Sequence record: LR756508.1
Strand: one strand, 5' to 3'
DNA length: 64,000 nt
A model generated the notes under the pieces. It saw only the letters and a list, made by a program, of their open reading frames with translations, searched no databases and was not told where the DNA came from. Positions within the stretch are counted from its first letter, which is position 1; each line of letters starts with the position of its first letter. Position numbers and translations under genes: made by a program. This document shows, in pieces, positions 38,796-47,903 of the stretch.

Positions 38796-39665
38796 ATGGA
38801 CACTGAGAAAAAAATTAAAAAACTCTCGGATCTTAAAAATCTTTTAATTGAAGACAACGGGGAAGAAGAAAGCGACCGAAAAATCCTCTTTGACGATTTT
38901 GTTCAAGGTTTAGTTTCTCGCCTCACGTCAAACGGCACTCAAGACGTTTCCAAGGATGGCCTTCAAGATACAATTAAAAAACACTCCTTGAAGAAAATGT
39001 TCAAGGCAGATGACAAGGATGAATATTACAACTACAAAAGCAGATATTATAAGGCTCCCGAAATAGCGCAGTCGGTAATGCATTTCATCCAGAACGGTCC
39101 TGACCGTGCAGACCAGATGGGAAATCCGAAGTTTGTAGATTATGCGAATGTTAGCCGGGACATGTCAATTTTTGAAGGGGGAGATTCTGCTACCAGTCAG
39201 AAAATGATTGATCTGGCCTGCGAGTATAAAAAACGTTCTAATAGTAGAGGTGAAAATCAGTTAGAAGAGTTTTTCGATGGGATGCCAGGATCGCTCAGAG
39301 AAAAAATTAAGAGCGTTTCTGAAAATATCTCTGAAGACAGGTTAGAAGAGTATACAGGTGAATTTAACCAGGCAGAATTTGTAACCGAAAACTTTAAAGA
39401 ATCAGAGGTTAGGAGCGTTGTAAGAGACGTGTTGACTGATCTCAAAAAAAAAAAACTGAAAGAATCTGGTAATCCAGAAAAAGTAGAGAAAGAGTTAGAA
39501 AAAGCTGCCAGATCTGGAAAAGCGAGGCGCTATCAAAATACAACGATTGTTCCTTATGTGGCGAAAAAAGCGCTTGAGGTTGCAGAAAAAGTTGATATGT
39601 CAAAAAGTGCTTTCTTCTCAAAACCTCTAAGCCAAATTTTAGCAATCGCAACCGCAAATACTTAA
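38796..39665 (+). CDS. Leader-motif multidomain hypothetical protein
   Basis: KLSDLKNLLIE, with internal ESEVRSVVRDVL and several L/I-x-E sites. Confidence 0.55.
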   Translation: MDTEKKIKKLSDLKNLLIEDNGEEESDRKILFDDFVQGLVSRLTSNGTQDVSKDGLQDTIKKHSLKKMFKADDKDEYYNYKSRYYKAPEIAQSVMHFIQNGPDRADQMGNPKFVDYANVSRDMSIFEGGDSATSQKMIDLACEYKKRSNSRGENQLEEFFDGMPGSLREKIKSVSENISEDRLEEYTGEFNQAEFVTENFKESEVRSVVRDVLTDLKKKKLKESGNPEKVEKELEKAARSGKARRYQNTTIVPYVAKKALEVAEKVDMSKSAFFSKPLSQILAIATANT

Positions 39666-39671
39666 AAAAAT

Positions 39672-40163
39672 ATGAACAACTACCACGACAAAGACAAAAA
39701 TGAAGAGCTTCGCGACATGATCGATAGCTCTCGCGAGCTTATCAGAGAGTCATGGTGGGAAGACGACGACGGGCTTTCTGATGACGAAAAAGAGGTTCTT
39801 TTTCGAGAAATGAAAAAGTTCAACGAGTACGGCGATCCGCTTTTTCGAAGTAAAGAAGAAAGCTTAGACGTCCTGGCTAAAAAACTTGAAAAACTGACCG
39901 AGTTCGCTCAGGAATTTCTTATGCGCAACGTCGATGAGGAATTTGATAAAGTCACAATAAATAGAAATATAAAGGAAATTAGCAAGTATATTGATAAGTT
40001 TAAGAAAATTGCAGGAGAGGTAAAAGAAAAAGAGTCTCGCCTACAAGCTCTTTATGAAGATATTGGAGTGGTATTTAATCGCTATTTTGATATCGAAGAC
40101 AGAAAAGAAGTTGACTTTAATAGCTCTAAATCTGAGAAAAACGAATGGCACAAGGGAACCTAA
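39672..40163 (+). CDS. Helical coiled-coil hypothetical protein
   Basis: 163 aa helical ORF, tightly packed. Confidence 0.55.
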   Translation: MNNYHDKDKNEELRDMIDSSRELIRESWWEDDDGLSDDEKEVLFREMKKFNEYGDPLFRSKEESLDVLAKKLEKLTEFAQEFLMRNVDEEFDKVTINRNIKEISKYIDKFKKIAGEVKEKESRLQALYEDIGVVFNRYFDIEDRKEVDFNSSKSEKNEWHKGT

Positions 40164-40414
40164 AAAAATCTATTAAGAGTGCACTTAAAAGCCGCAAGTT
40201 TATACTCTCAATTCTCTTGGTTGTTGGCGCAACGTTAGGTCTCCTTACAGGCGACGTTACGTGGGAACAATGGCTTAATTTTAGTCAAATCATACTTGCT
40301 ATTTATGGGGTTTCTAATGTGGGGGAGCACTTCTCCAATTCTATAAAACATAAGTCTAATAACGAAAAGAAAAAGAAGGAAATTGAGCTGCAGATCGAAA
40401 AGCAGAAAAGCTAG
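40145..40414 (+). CDS. Small two-TM membrane protein (holin-like)
   Basis: KSRKFILSILLVVGATLGLL and FSQIILAIYGVSNVG, with a charged C-tail. Confidence 0.5.
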   Translation: MAQGNLKKSIKSALKSRKFILSILLVVGATLGLLTGDVTWEQWLNFSQIILAIYGVSNVGEHFSNSIKHKSNNEKKKKEIELQIEKQKS

Positions 40415-40546
40415 TTTTTTCGGAGGTCTTCCAAGTCTATTTCGTACTTATAAGTCACATTAAATTACTATAAAACTGAAATAGTTTCTTCCCAACTGGT
40501 TATCTGAGTTAGCCAATCTTTAATCTTTAAAATGTGAGTTAGTCAG

Positions 40547-42193
40547 ATGTCCAGAACAATAGTACCAGAGGAAGAAACAAGGGCTGCAGATCTTACTGAT
40601 CTAAAAGACAATATTCGGCCCACGACTGACCGAAAAGTATTAGTCGAAAGTGATGCCGACTCTGAGCCTAATGTGTTTTACTGGGACGAAGGCGCTGAAG
40701 CATCTAATGCGGACGGTGTCACCACGGTCGAATCTAATATCGCCCAGTATTCTAATGGTGGTTCTAGCGAGGGGCTTTGGAAGAGGACAGTGTTTCCTCT
40801 TAACGCAGCTTCAACCGACGATCTAGCCGAGGGTTCAACGAACCTTTACTTTACCGATGAGAGGGTAGATGACAGGGTCGGTTCCCTTCTAGCTGGCGGC
40901 ACAAACATTAACTTGTCCTACGATGATGCCAGCGGCTCGCTGACTATAAACACCGATGACGTTACAGTTGACATTTCTGAAGACGGAACGGAAGTTCTGG
41001 CTGATGTCGGAAATATCAACTATACGGCAGGGTTCAACGTTACTGATGCTGGCGGTGGAACTGCTACTGTCGACTTGAATCTAAATGAGAAGTCGACCGA
41101 TGACCTCCCCGAAGGCTCAACGAGCCTGTATTACACCGACGAAAGGGTTGACGATGAAGTTGATAATCTACTTGAAGGTGGTAGTAATATTTCACTTACT
41201 TACGACGATGGTACTGGATCACTTACTATCGATGCCGTCGGAACCTCAACCGACGTTTCCGAGAATGGAACTACGGTCGTAAGCAATACAAATGATATTA
41301 ACTTTACGTTTGGGTTCGATGTTGCCGACGACAGCGATGGAACGGTAACAGTCGATTTGGATCTTAGCGAGAAGTCAACAGACGACCTACCCGAAGGCTC
41401 CAGTAACTTGTATTTCACTGACGAGAGGGCACAAGACGCAGTTCTTGATACCGTAAGCGGCCAGAAAGGAATTACATGGACTTACGATGATGCTGGAAAC
41501 AGCGCGACGGTTTCTCTTGATAACCTTAATTCCTTTACGACCGACGACCTAGCCGAGGGTTCCACAAACCTTTACTTCACCGACGAGAGGGTTGATGACA
41601 GAGTTGATTCGCTTCTTATAGGCGGGAATAATATTACTTTGACCTACGACGACGGCGCAGGATCTATTACCATTGATACTACTGATGTTACGGTAGACGT
41701 GTCGGAGGATGGAAGCACCGTCGTATCCGATGTAGGAGATATTAATTTCACGTCTGGATTCAACGCGATTGACGATAGCGACGGCACGGTAACTGTTGAT
41801 ATGAACCTAAACGAGAAGTCAACCGACGACTTGCCAGAAGGTTCTACAAACCTCTATTACACCGACGAGCGTGCCCAAGATACCGTAGCATCGATGACAA
41901 CTGGCGGAACGAACATTTCAACCAGTTACGACGATGCTAACGATGTATTTACGATTGATAACGACGTTCGGTTTGGAAGCGAGACCTTTAGTGGAGATGC
42001 AGTTACGACGTCATTTGACATTCCACATGGACTAGCGCAGAAACCCACGTCGTGGACCGTCCAGCCAGTTAGCGACGACGCTTCTGCACTATCACACGCA
42101 ACGGCTGACGCTACAAATATTACGATAGTCTACGATGTCGCCCCTCCAAGTGGAACTGATAACATTGAGGTTAATTATAGCCTCCTAATTTAA
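40547..42193 (+). CDS. Repeat-rich virion fibre protein
   Basis: Five (S/T)TDDL(A/P)EGS(T/S)(N/S)LY(F/Y)TDER repeats with beta-rich spacers, very acidic. Confidence 0.7.
   Translation: MSRTIVPEEETRAADLTDLKDNIRPTTDRKVLVESDADSEPNVFYWDEGAEASNADGVTTVESNIAQYSNGGSSEGLWKRTVFPLNAASTDDLAEGSTNLYFTDERVDDRVGSLLAGGTNINLSYDDASGSLTINTDDVTVDISEDGTEVLADVGNINYTAGFNVTDAGGGTATVDLNLNEKSTDDLPEGSTSLYYTDERVDDEVDNLLEGGSNISLTYDDGTGSLTIDAVGTSTDVSENGTTVVSNTNDINFTFGFDVADDSDGTVTVDLDLSEKSTDDLPEGSSNLYFTDERAQDAVLDTVSGQKGITWTYDDAGNSATVSLDNLNSFTTDDLAEGSTNLYFTDERVDDRVDSLLIGGNNITLTYDDGAGSITIDTTDVTVDVSEDGSTVVSDVGDINFTSGFNAIDDSDGTVTVDMNLNEKSTDDLPEGSTNLYYTDERAQDTVASMTTGGTNISTSYDDANDVFTIDNDVRFGSETFSGDAVTTSFDIPHGLAQKPTSWTVQPVSDDASALSHATADATNITIVYDVAPPSGTDNIEVNYSLLI
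40811..41881 (+). repeat. Intragenic repeats of the fibre shaft (five units)
   Basis: ACCGA(C/T)GA(C/T)CT...GAAGG/GAGGG...ACCGA(C/T)GA(G/A) pattern recurring at about 40811, 41092, 41375, 41537 and 41819. Confidence 0.8.
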
Positions 42194-42217
42194 CAGGAGT
42201 TTTTGAGAATGGTTTTT

Positions 42218-42256
42218 GAGTCGCGTTTCCCAGTAGGGCGGCGCGGCTCTTTTTTT
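42218..42256 (+). terminator. Rho-independent terminator
   Basis: GAGTCGCG...CGCGGCTC stem followed by a T-run. Confidence 0.7.
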
Positions 42257-42281
42257 GTCTTTTTAAAAAAGTAATACAAGT

Positions 42282-44375
42282 ATGGCAAGAACTCAAGTTC
42301 CAGAGGAAGAGCAGAGAGTAAGCAGCTTAGAGGAGCTTAGAAACAATATATCTCCGACGGCTAAAAGAGTCGCATTCGTTGAAAGCGACGCAGATGGAGA
42401 TTCGAACTACTTCTGGTGGGACGCGAGAGGAGAGGCATCTAACGCAGATGGAGTAACAAAAGTATCCTCAAATGTTAAAGATAGTGGCCTGTGGAAAAGA
42501 ACCTATCTTAAGTTTACGAAAGCAACGACCGAAGATTTAGCGGAAGGGTCGACAAATCTTTATTATACCTCTAAAAGAGCCAAAAACGAATTTGGTGCCG
42601 AAAAAGGCTTAACTTATAATTCTTCAACTGGCACGTTTAGTGGAAAATATAAAGGGCCGTATGAGCTTAGTTCCGTGAAAGGAAAACCGGAGAGTAAACT
42701 CGGAGTAACCAACGCTCCCGAAGGAATCACATACAATAGCGATGGATCAAAAATATTCACCTGCCTCAATGGTGAAGTCAAAGAGTATAGTGCTTTAGAC
42801 TACGATATTACGACTGCTTCATTAAACACCACAAAAGTTTTTTCTGAGGACAACGATTGGCAGGGAATATTTTTTAGTAGGGACGGCTCGAAGCTTTTCA
42901 TGGGTGGAGACGAAACTAATAAAATATACGAATATACATTAGGAGTAGCTTATGACATATCCACGGCCAGTTTTAATGAGTCATCTTTGGACGTAAGCGG
43001 CGAGATAGACTCTCTGCGAGGAATAGCCACAAACCGAGATGGCACAAAATTTTACGGCGTCGACTATTCATCTGGAACAACTTACAGCTATACGTTAGAC
43101 GGTAGTTTCAACGCATCTACAGGATCCTATAGCGGGAATAAACTTCAAATTCCTGTTTTTTCTTCTATAACAGACCTGAAAGTTGGAGGCGAAGGAAGAC
43201 GTTTTTATTTTACAAGTGCACTAGGTAATAAAATATATGAAGTATTCACTACCAGCGCATTTGATTTAACCCAGGGAGCACTTAACTATGAACTCGCCGA
43301 TATCACTGGCACTCCCGTAAGTGTAGGGGTTACTGATGGAGACACCCTCCATTATGGAGATAAGACAAACTCCAATATTGTCCAAAGAGATTTTGGATAT
43401 CACATCTATGACCTTCCGAACTTGGAGGGCCAGCTTTCATCTCTTTCTACAAACACGAAGGTAAGATTCTCAACGGATAAGATAAGTTTAGACGAGTCTA
43501 TTCTAGTTCGGATGCAGGCCGAAACCGACCTGTCTAAACCTGCAGTCGGATGGTGGGATCAAGATGGAGACCGAACTTCAGCCATCTTATCTTACGAGAA
43601 GCTAGACTCAAATAACACTCATGAGCGGTTGTCGATTGAAACGGTAAATTCTAACGGATCTCTTCAAACGAGAATGTTTTTTCCTTATGGATCAGACTCG
43701 GTTACGGTCCAAACAAAAAATGCTGGATTTAAAGTCTCTGATGGCTACAATTTTACGTTAGGCTCTTCGTCAGGAGCAGATTCAAAAGCGGACTTATATG
43801 GAGATTTGTTCGTGTATGAGACGAATAATTTTGGAGTGGGCGATAAAAACTGGGGCAGTGAAGGGCTTGAGACTTCCGAAGCAGGTTTAGAGCTTTATCG
43901 CAGCTCATCTACTGCGCAGCTATTAATTTACCAAGGCGACGGCTCCGCCGACGCCAGTATACATTTAAAAAAAGACTTGAAAAATTGGAAGATAAAAAAT
44001 ATCGATCCAGATCTTATTTATTCATCAGAAGGGATAGAAAAAGCAAGATTTGCAGAAGACGGAATACTCACAGTTTCAGACGCTTACGTTCGGCGTTTTA
44101 AAAGAGCCTCAAGTGACATAAAAACGTCGGGTCACGAGTATTACAGCCTAGATACGAGCTTATCGGAGATTACATTGACTCTCTCGTCTGTAGATGAGCG
44201 AAATGGAAGAGTAATACATGTAAAGAGAGATGGAATAAACAAAGTGAACGTAAACACTGAAAGTAACGCTACAATCGAAAAAGCATCTTCGGCCCCACAA
44301 TTAAAGATTGGTAGAGACTTAGATGCTCTTAAGTTTGTTTACAACAGTAGTACCAATAACTGGGAAATTTTCTAA
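42282..44375 (+). CDS. Fibre/receptor-binding protein with beta-propeller repeats
   Basis: N-terminus homologous to 40547. Repeats such as PEGITYNSDGSKIF, GIFFSRDGSKLF and GIATNRDGTKFY. Confidence 0.7.
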   Translation: MARTQVPEEEQRVSSLEELRNNISPTAKRVAFVESDADGDSNYFWWDARGEASNADGVTKVSSNVKDSGLWKRTYLKFTKATTEDLAEGSTNLYYTSKRAKNEFGAEKGLTYNSSTGTFSGKYKGPYELSSVKGKPESKLGVTNAPEGITYNSDGSKIFTCLNGEVKEYSALDYDITTASLNTTKVFSEDNDWQGIFFSRDGSKLFMGGDETNKIYEYTLGVAYDISTASFNESSLDVSGEIDSLRGIATNRDGTKFYGVDYSSGTTYSYTLDGSFNASTGSYSGNKLQIPVFSSITDLKVGGEGRRFYFTSALGNKIYEVFTTSAFDLTQGALNYELADITGTPVSVGVTDGDTLHYGDKTNSNIVQRDFGYHIYDLPNLEGQLSSLSTNTKVRFSTDKISLDESILVRMQAETDLSKPAVGWWDQDGDRTSAILSYEKLDSNNTHERLSIETVNSNGSLQTRMFFPYGSDSVTVQTKNAGFKVSDGYNFTLGSSSGADSKADLYGDLFVYETNNFGVGDKNWGSEGLETSEAGLELYRSSSTAQLLIYQGDGSADASIHLKKDLKNWKIKNIDPDLIYSSEGIEKARFAEDGILTVSDAYVRRFKRASSDIKTSGHEYYSLDTSLSEITLTLSSVDERNGRVIHVKRDGINKVNVNTESNATIEKASSAPQLKIGRDLDALKFVYNSSTNNWEIF

Positions 44376-44391
44376 AAGAAAAAAAAAACAT

Positions 44392-45621
44392 ATGAGCTAT
44401 AATCAACCTTTAGGATTCGAGGAAGCGTTTGGAAAGCTGATTGCCGATACGACCTATAGCGAACTTGACGTGCCTTCCCACTACGACTTTTCTCCTGAGA
44501 GGCTCCGTTTGTTCGTAAATGGGAATCGTGCATTTGTTCAATACGAAGAAAATATCTCACAATTTAGTGATGCTTCCGATTCATACGACCTGGTGCCGGA
44601 ATCGGGCGATTTTGTCGGTATTGAGACCGTGCGAGCGGCAACTTACCAGGTTGGTTACGTCATTCAAACGTCGATTTCGTTTGGATTATCGCAGAGCCTG
44701 AAAAGTGGCGACGTGATAAGATGGGGACCATTTCGAGACGGAGAGGATGGTTGGTTTTATGAGCAGAGAGGAGCGGATCATACCGATAAGCAGGTCGATA
44801 TTAAACAATTAAGAGATGGAACAGAAACTACTTTGAAAAGCGAAGTGTCGCTTCCGAGGTCGACGACAAATTTTCTACGGTACGTGTGTAGGTGGAACTG
44901 GTATAATGTTGGAAATCAGGAATGGTTTCAAACCTATACGGAGGACGGAGAGCAGATAAACGAACCCTTAACTGAAACAAGCTTCGACTCGGGAAGGGGA
45001 CCAGCTAACGCAAACCTTCCTATTAGATTCGATGTTCAGGCTTCTAATACGACTTCAAACTTAAAATGTAATGTTGGGAGCTTTTCTCATATTCTTTTAG
45101 GTAACACCGAGCTTTTGTCGAGGCAGAAAGCTGAGGAAAAAGTAATTACAGTTCCTGAAGAGGTTGATACTTGGCACCCTATATATGCCGTTCGCATTCA
45201 ACCTGGAAGTAACCCGAATGTGAGTCTAGCTAAATTGTCTGTTTTAAACTATAGTAACGACGCAAGGATACAGGTTTTAGCAATCTCGGTGCATGCCAGT
45301 AAAACTGATGCCTCTGACTTCTCGACTCCAGAACTACAAAGTTCGCAAAATTCAATAATTCAGGTCACAGAAAACGTTTCCACAATCCCAAATTCGTCCG
45401 GAACGGAGGTCGATCCAAACCTGACTACCGAACCTGGCGGTTTTCAGGTTGGATATTCAAGTTTAGCGCCGGTTGGAAATAATTTTCAGCAGGGAGCATC
45501 CTCAAGCGAGTTCAACGTTAAGAGACCAATTTACGATAGTGACGTAATTGTCTTCTGCGCAAGAACATCGGTTGGGACAGGTGAACTTATTTTTTCTTAC
45601 AATACAGACCAATTGTGGTAA
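44392..45621 (+). CDS. Fibre-associated beta-sandwich protein
   Basis: MSYNQPLGF...; all-beta composition, lies in the fibre cluster. ATG at 44392 preferred. Confidence 0.45.
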   Translation: MSYNQPLGFEEAFGKLIADTTYSELDVPSHYDFSPERLRLFVNGNRAFVQYEENISQFSDASDSYDLVPESGDFVGIETVRAATYQVGYVIQTSISFGLSQSLKSGDVIRWGPFRDGEDGWFYEQRGADHTDKQVDIKQLRDGTETTLKSEVSLPRSTTNFLRYVCRWNWYNVGNQEWFQTYTEDGEQINEPLTETSFDSGRGPANANLPIRFDVQASNTTSNLKCNVGSFSHILLGNTELLSRQKAEEKVITVPEEVDTWHPIYAVRIQPGSNPNVSLAKLSVLNYSNDARIQVLAISVHASKTDASDFSTPELQSSQNSIIQVTENVSTIPNSSGTEVDPNLTTEPGGFQVGYSSLAPVGNNFQQGASSSEFNVKRPIYDSDVIVFCARTSVGTGELIFSYNTDQLW

Positions 45622-45712
45622 ATTCTTAACATAAACTTTATCATACTATGTATGCACGGTATCAAATGTAAAGTAAAAGAACTTAACTAAGCAAACTAAC
45701 AAGTACGATTTT

Positions 45713-45952
45713 ATGCCAGTAGCAGTAGAAGTAGAAAATGGAAACGTAGATAAAGCATTAAACAATTTGAAAAGAAAGCTAAAGGACAGCGACCAATGGG
45801 TCGAGTGGAAGAAAAATCAGAGGTACACCAAGCCCTCAAAGAAGAAACGTGATGCACGACACAAAGCAAAGATGAGAGAAGAAGCCAGAGCGAAAAAAGC
45901 TATGGCTTGGGACAAAAAGTCGAAATACTACTACAAAAAGCAGCGAGGTTAA
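45713..45952 (+). CDS. rpsU: Phage-encoded 30S ribosomal protein bS21
   Basis: VEVENGNVDKALNNLKRK...EWKKNQRYTKPSKKKR matches the bS21 pattern. Confidence 0.85.
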   Translation: MPVAVEVENGNVDKALNNLKRKLKDSDQWVEWKKNQRYTKPSKKKRDARHKAKMREEARAKKAMAWDKKSKYYYKKQRG

Positions 45953-46156
45953 AAATTTTAAAGGCAGTAACTTAAATAACTTCGTGTTTTAAGCTTTTTC
46001 GTCTCATTTCATGAATTTGCATTAAAATTTGTATACATAATTAACGAGTATTGTCCGAATACGTCATTTCCTTATATGACGTAACGACTCTCATATTCGA
46101 GACAATTGGAGCTACTAATAGTTCCACAAATCTACAACAAAACGTTTGATAAAGCA

Positions 46157-47836
46157 ATGGAAGATAAAGATTCTGAACTTTTGAAAGAAGCTATTGCTGA
46201 TGCCCAAACGATTAAGGAAGTTGCCCTCCAAAACGCAAAGGATGTACTGGAGGAAGCTTTCACTACTCGCCTTCAATCTATGATCTCCGACCGAATTCAG
46301 CGCGAAGCTGAAGAAGAGATGGGTTATGACGACCTTAGCGGCGGAGAACCAGAGGAAGAAGACGAGAACGTTTCGGGCTCGGCAGAAGTTGAAAAAGATC
46401 AAGAAGGAGACCTTGAGGGTCTTGAACTTGATCTAGACTTCGGTGAAGAAGGTGGTGGAGAAATGGAAGAACCTACCGATTCTGAAGTAGGAGACGATAT
46501 GGAAGATCTGGATGGAGGTTCCGAAGACTCCGAAGAGGAAGCTGAGGAGGAAGAACCTCAAGAAGCACCTACCGGAGACACCGAAGATGAAGAAAGTGAA
46601 GAAGATATTGACCTCGAAGAAGTCCTCGAATTTCTTGAAGGTGAAGAACACCAGGAAGAGGATCCCCATGAAGGAGAACACAAAGACATGGACGAAGGGG
46701 GTGATTACGAAACTCAGCACGAAACTGATTACGAGATGAAAGAAAAAGAATCTACTCACAGAGATTCGGATATTCAAGAAATCATAAGTGATCTTGAGGA
46801 AGACGTTGAGGCGGAAGATGACCTCGATGAACAGATTGAAGAATTCCTTCAAGGTCTCGATGAAACGGTCTACGACGTAGACCTAAACGAACTCCAAGAA
46901 GAGGTTTCTCGTTCCTCTCAAGGCAGCGATGATATCTTAGAAATAGATGTCGACAAGCTCGAAGAGGAATTCCAAGAGCCTCAGTATAGAGAAGGAACTG
47001 AAGGGCACGATACAGGTGGCCTTTACGACGGCGACGATACGCTCGACGGCTACGAGCCTGTTACTGGCTCCGACCTAGGCAACCACGGCCCTGACGAACC
47101 TGCTGTAGACGCCGAGGAATCTGTCGGAATGTCTGGAGCATCCTCCCCAGATCTTGGAGACTTGATGGATGATGAAGGGTATTACGACGGTAGTTCGTTC
47201 GATGGCTACGAGCCAGTAAGTGGTGGAGACGTTTCTGACCATGGACCTGACGAGCCAGCACCTGGAATCGATCAAGACTTGGGTGAGGACGATATAAGTT
47301 ACGGTGATCTTCTTAGCGAGCTTGGATCACCTAGCGATAGCAGCAGCGCTTCCCGTAGTCAAGATGTCGAGAGGCTACGTGAAGAAAACGAAGAGCTTAG
47401 AGAGAAGCTCGGTAAACATCGTCAGGCAGTTAAAATCCTGCGGAATCGAATTAATGAGGTAAATCTCATTAACAGCAAGCTTCTCTACACAAACAGACTG
47501 TTCAAGCGTTACAACTTGAATGAAAATCAGAAGCTCCGTGTAATTGAAGCTCTCGACAGAGCTAAGGACAAGCGAGGAGCGAAGTTGGTTTACTCCACGC
47601 TTTCCGAAGCATTTGACTCCAACGTATCCCGTAAGGGAAGCACTTCTAGTAGTAGCAGTAAGGGTGCTCCAAGTTCTTCGGGAGAGAAGCAAAACCTCGC
47701 AGAGGCAATTTCCCGTGGAATGAGTTCCAAGAAACAAGGAACTCAAGAGCCGGAGGACTCCGAAACGAAACAGAAAATTCTCAACGAAGACGTTGAGATG
47801 AAGAGTCGAATGCAGAAGCTCGCAGATATCAGTTAA
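46157..47836 (+). CDS. gp22: Prohead scaffolding/core protein
   Basis: LLKEAIADAQTIKEVALQNAKDVLEEAF, acidic middle, coiled coil, EVNLINSKLLYTNRLF. Directly upstream of the MCP. ATG at 46157 preferred. Confidence 0.75.
   Translation: MEDKDSELLKEAIADAQTIKEVALQNAKDVLEEAFTTRLQSMISDRIQREAEEEMGYDDLSGGEPEEEDENVSGSAEVEKDQEGDLEGLELDLDFGEEGGGEMEEPTDSEVGDDMEDLDGGSEDSEEEAEEEEPQEAPTGDTEDEESEEDIDLEEVLEFLEGEEHQEEDPHEGEHKDMDEGGDYETQHETDYEMKEKESTHRDSDIQEIISDLEEDVEAEDDLDEQIEEFLQGLDETVYDVDLNELQEEVSRSSQGSDDILEIDVDKLEEEFQEPQYREGTEGHDTGGLYDGDDTLDGYEPVTGSDLGNHGPDEPAVDAEESVGMSGASSPDLGDLMDDEGYYDGSSFDGYEPVSGGDVSDHGPDEPAPGIDQDLGEDDISYGDLLSELGSPSDSSSASRSQDVERLREENEELREKLGKHRQAVKILRNRINEVNLINSKLLYTNRLFKRYNLNENQKLRVIEALDRAKDKRGAKLVYSTLSEAFDSNVSRKGSTSSSSSKGAPSSSGEKQNLAEAISRGMSSKKQGTQEPEDSETKQKILNEDVEMKSRMQKLADIS
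47015..47262 (+). repeat. Two-copy peptide repeat inside the scaffold
   Basis: GLYDGDDTLDGYEPVTGSDLGNHGPDEPA and GYYDGSSFDGYEPVSGGDVSDHGPDEPA. Confidence 0.75.
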
Positions 47837-47903
47837 TTTTTAACTGATTACAATAATTCATAATTCATAATCGCAGGATTTTAAACTAATTGAGATTGAA
47901 CAA

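Noticed and set aside
39444-39455. A12 tract as a phase-variation site
   Set aside because: It is in frame (poly-Lys) in an A-rich genome, with no evidence of length variation from a single sequence.
40811-41881. Repeats as a CRISPR or diversity-generating-retroelement template
   Set aside because: They are in-frame protein repeats varying at synonymous positions, not adenine-specific, and no reverse transcriptase is in the window.
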